The translations under genes were made by a program, and so were the position numbers. This document shows, piece by piece, positions 45,325 to 45,432 of a stretch of 45,432 nucleotides of DNA (position 1 is the first letter of the stretch; every line of letters starts with the position of its first letter). Under the pieces are notes generated by a model that saw nothing but the letters and a program-made list of their open reading frames with translations, was not told where the DNA came from and did not search any database. Source of the DNA: Bacteroidales bacterium (lineage in GTDB: Bacteria > Bacteroidota > Bacteroidia > Bacteroidales > Tenuifilaceae); assembly GCA_051715525.1 (NCBI GenBank), contig JBPXJX010000250.1, forward strand, positions 1 to 45,432. Direction: 5' to 3'.

Positions 45325-45432
45325 GAAAAGTATTTTTGTGGATATTTAGTAAATTTTGCAAAAAATATTAAGCAGTGTTTACTCCTCTTTTTTAAGAAAA
45401 TCAACAATCGATTTAAGGTTTTCAAGGTATTA

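Noticed and set aside
45325-45432. Possible 3' end of a minus-strand gene at the right edge
   Set aside because: The frame ending at the TAA (45379-45381, minus strand) hits another stop codon at the window edge (45430-45432). No supported ORF exists there.
1-45432. CRISPR arrays, tRNA or rRNA genes, IS elements, integrases
   Set aside because: Scanning the intergenic regions showed no spaced direct-repeat array, no cloverleaf-like or rRNA-like sequence, and no transposase or integrase-like ORF. The only candidate mobile unit is the DUF559 cassette reported above.

Overview
AT-rich Bacteroidota chromosomal segment, identified by the gliding/T9SS core operon porP-gldK-gldL-gldM-gldN. About 25 kb on the left and 10 kb on the right are ordinary genes. 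These are the topA 3' end, an arginase-fold protein, the T9SS core, a manC-like gene, mlaEF-like ABC genes, a T9SS-cargo protein, an HK/OmpR-type RR pair, a hybrid HK, an M28 peptidase, gltX, pirin, an ECF sigma unit, a DUF5686 protein, a sirtuin, an Ntn hydrolase, dnaG and a large ABC fusion. The accessory part is about 25.4-35.6 kb and is a polymorphic-toxin island. It starts with a 152-aa protein (signal peptide, one YD repeat, T9SS C-terminal sorting domain). That ORF lies 15 nt upstream of a 2071-aa Sec-signal Tc-BC-like Rhs protein (SpvB N-domain, seven FG-GAP-type repeats, YD shell, Rhs core) whose tip looks like a GIY-YIG/URI nuclease. A candidate immunity gene, a TPR-like lipoprotein, and a start-less orphan toxin cassette with a polytopic membrane immunity gene follow. 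The orphan shares a ~249-bp homology block with the main Rhs gene and carries a different, hydrophobic tip. The island ends with a DUF559 endonuclease-like gene bracketed by inverted GC-rich hairpin elements. The best candidate for a previously undescribed system is possible coupling of Rhs delivery to the T9SS through the upstream YD+CTD mini-protein. No rRNA, tRNA, CRISPR array, transposase or integrase was recognised. All calls rest on reading the translated ORFs and the nucleotide sequence by eye; no searches were run.
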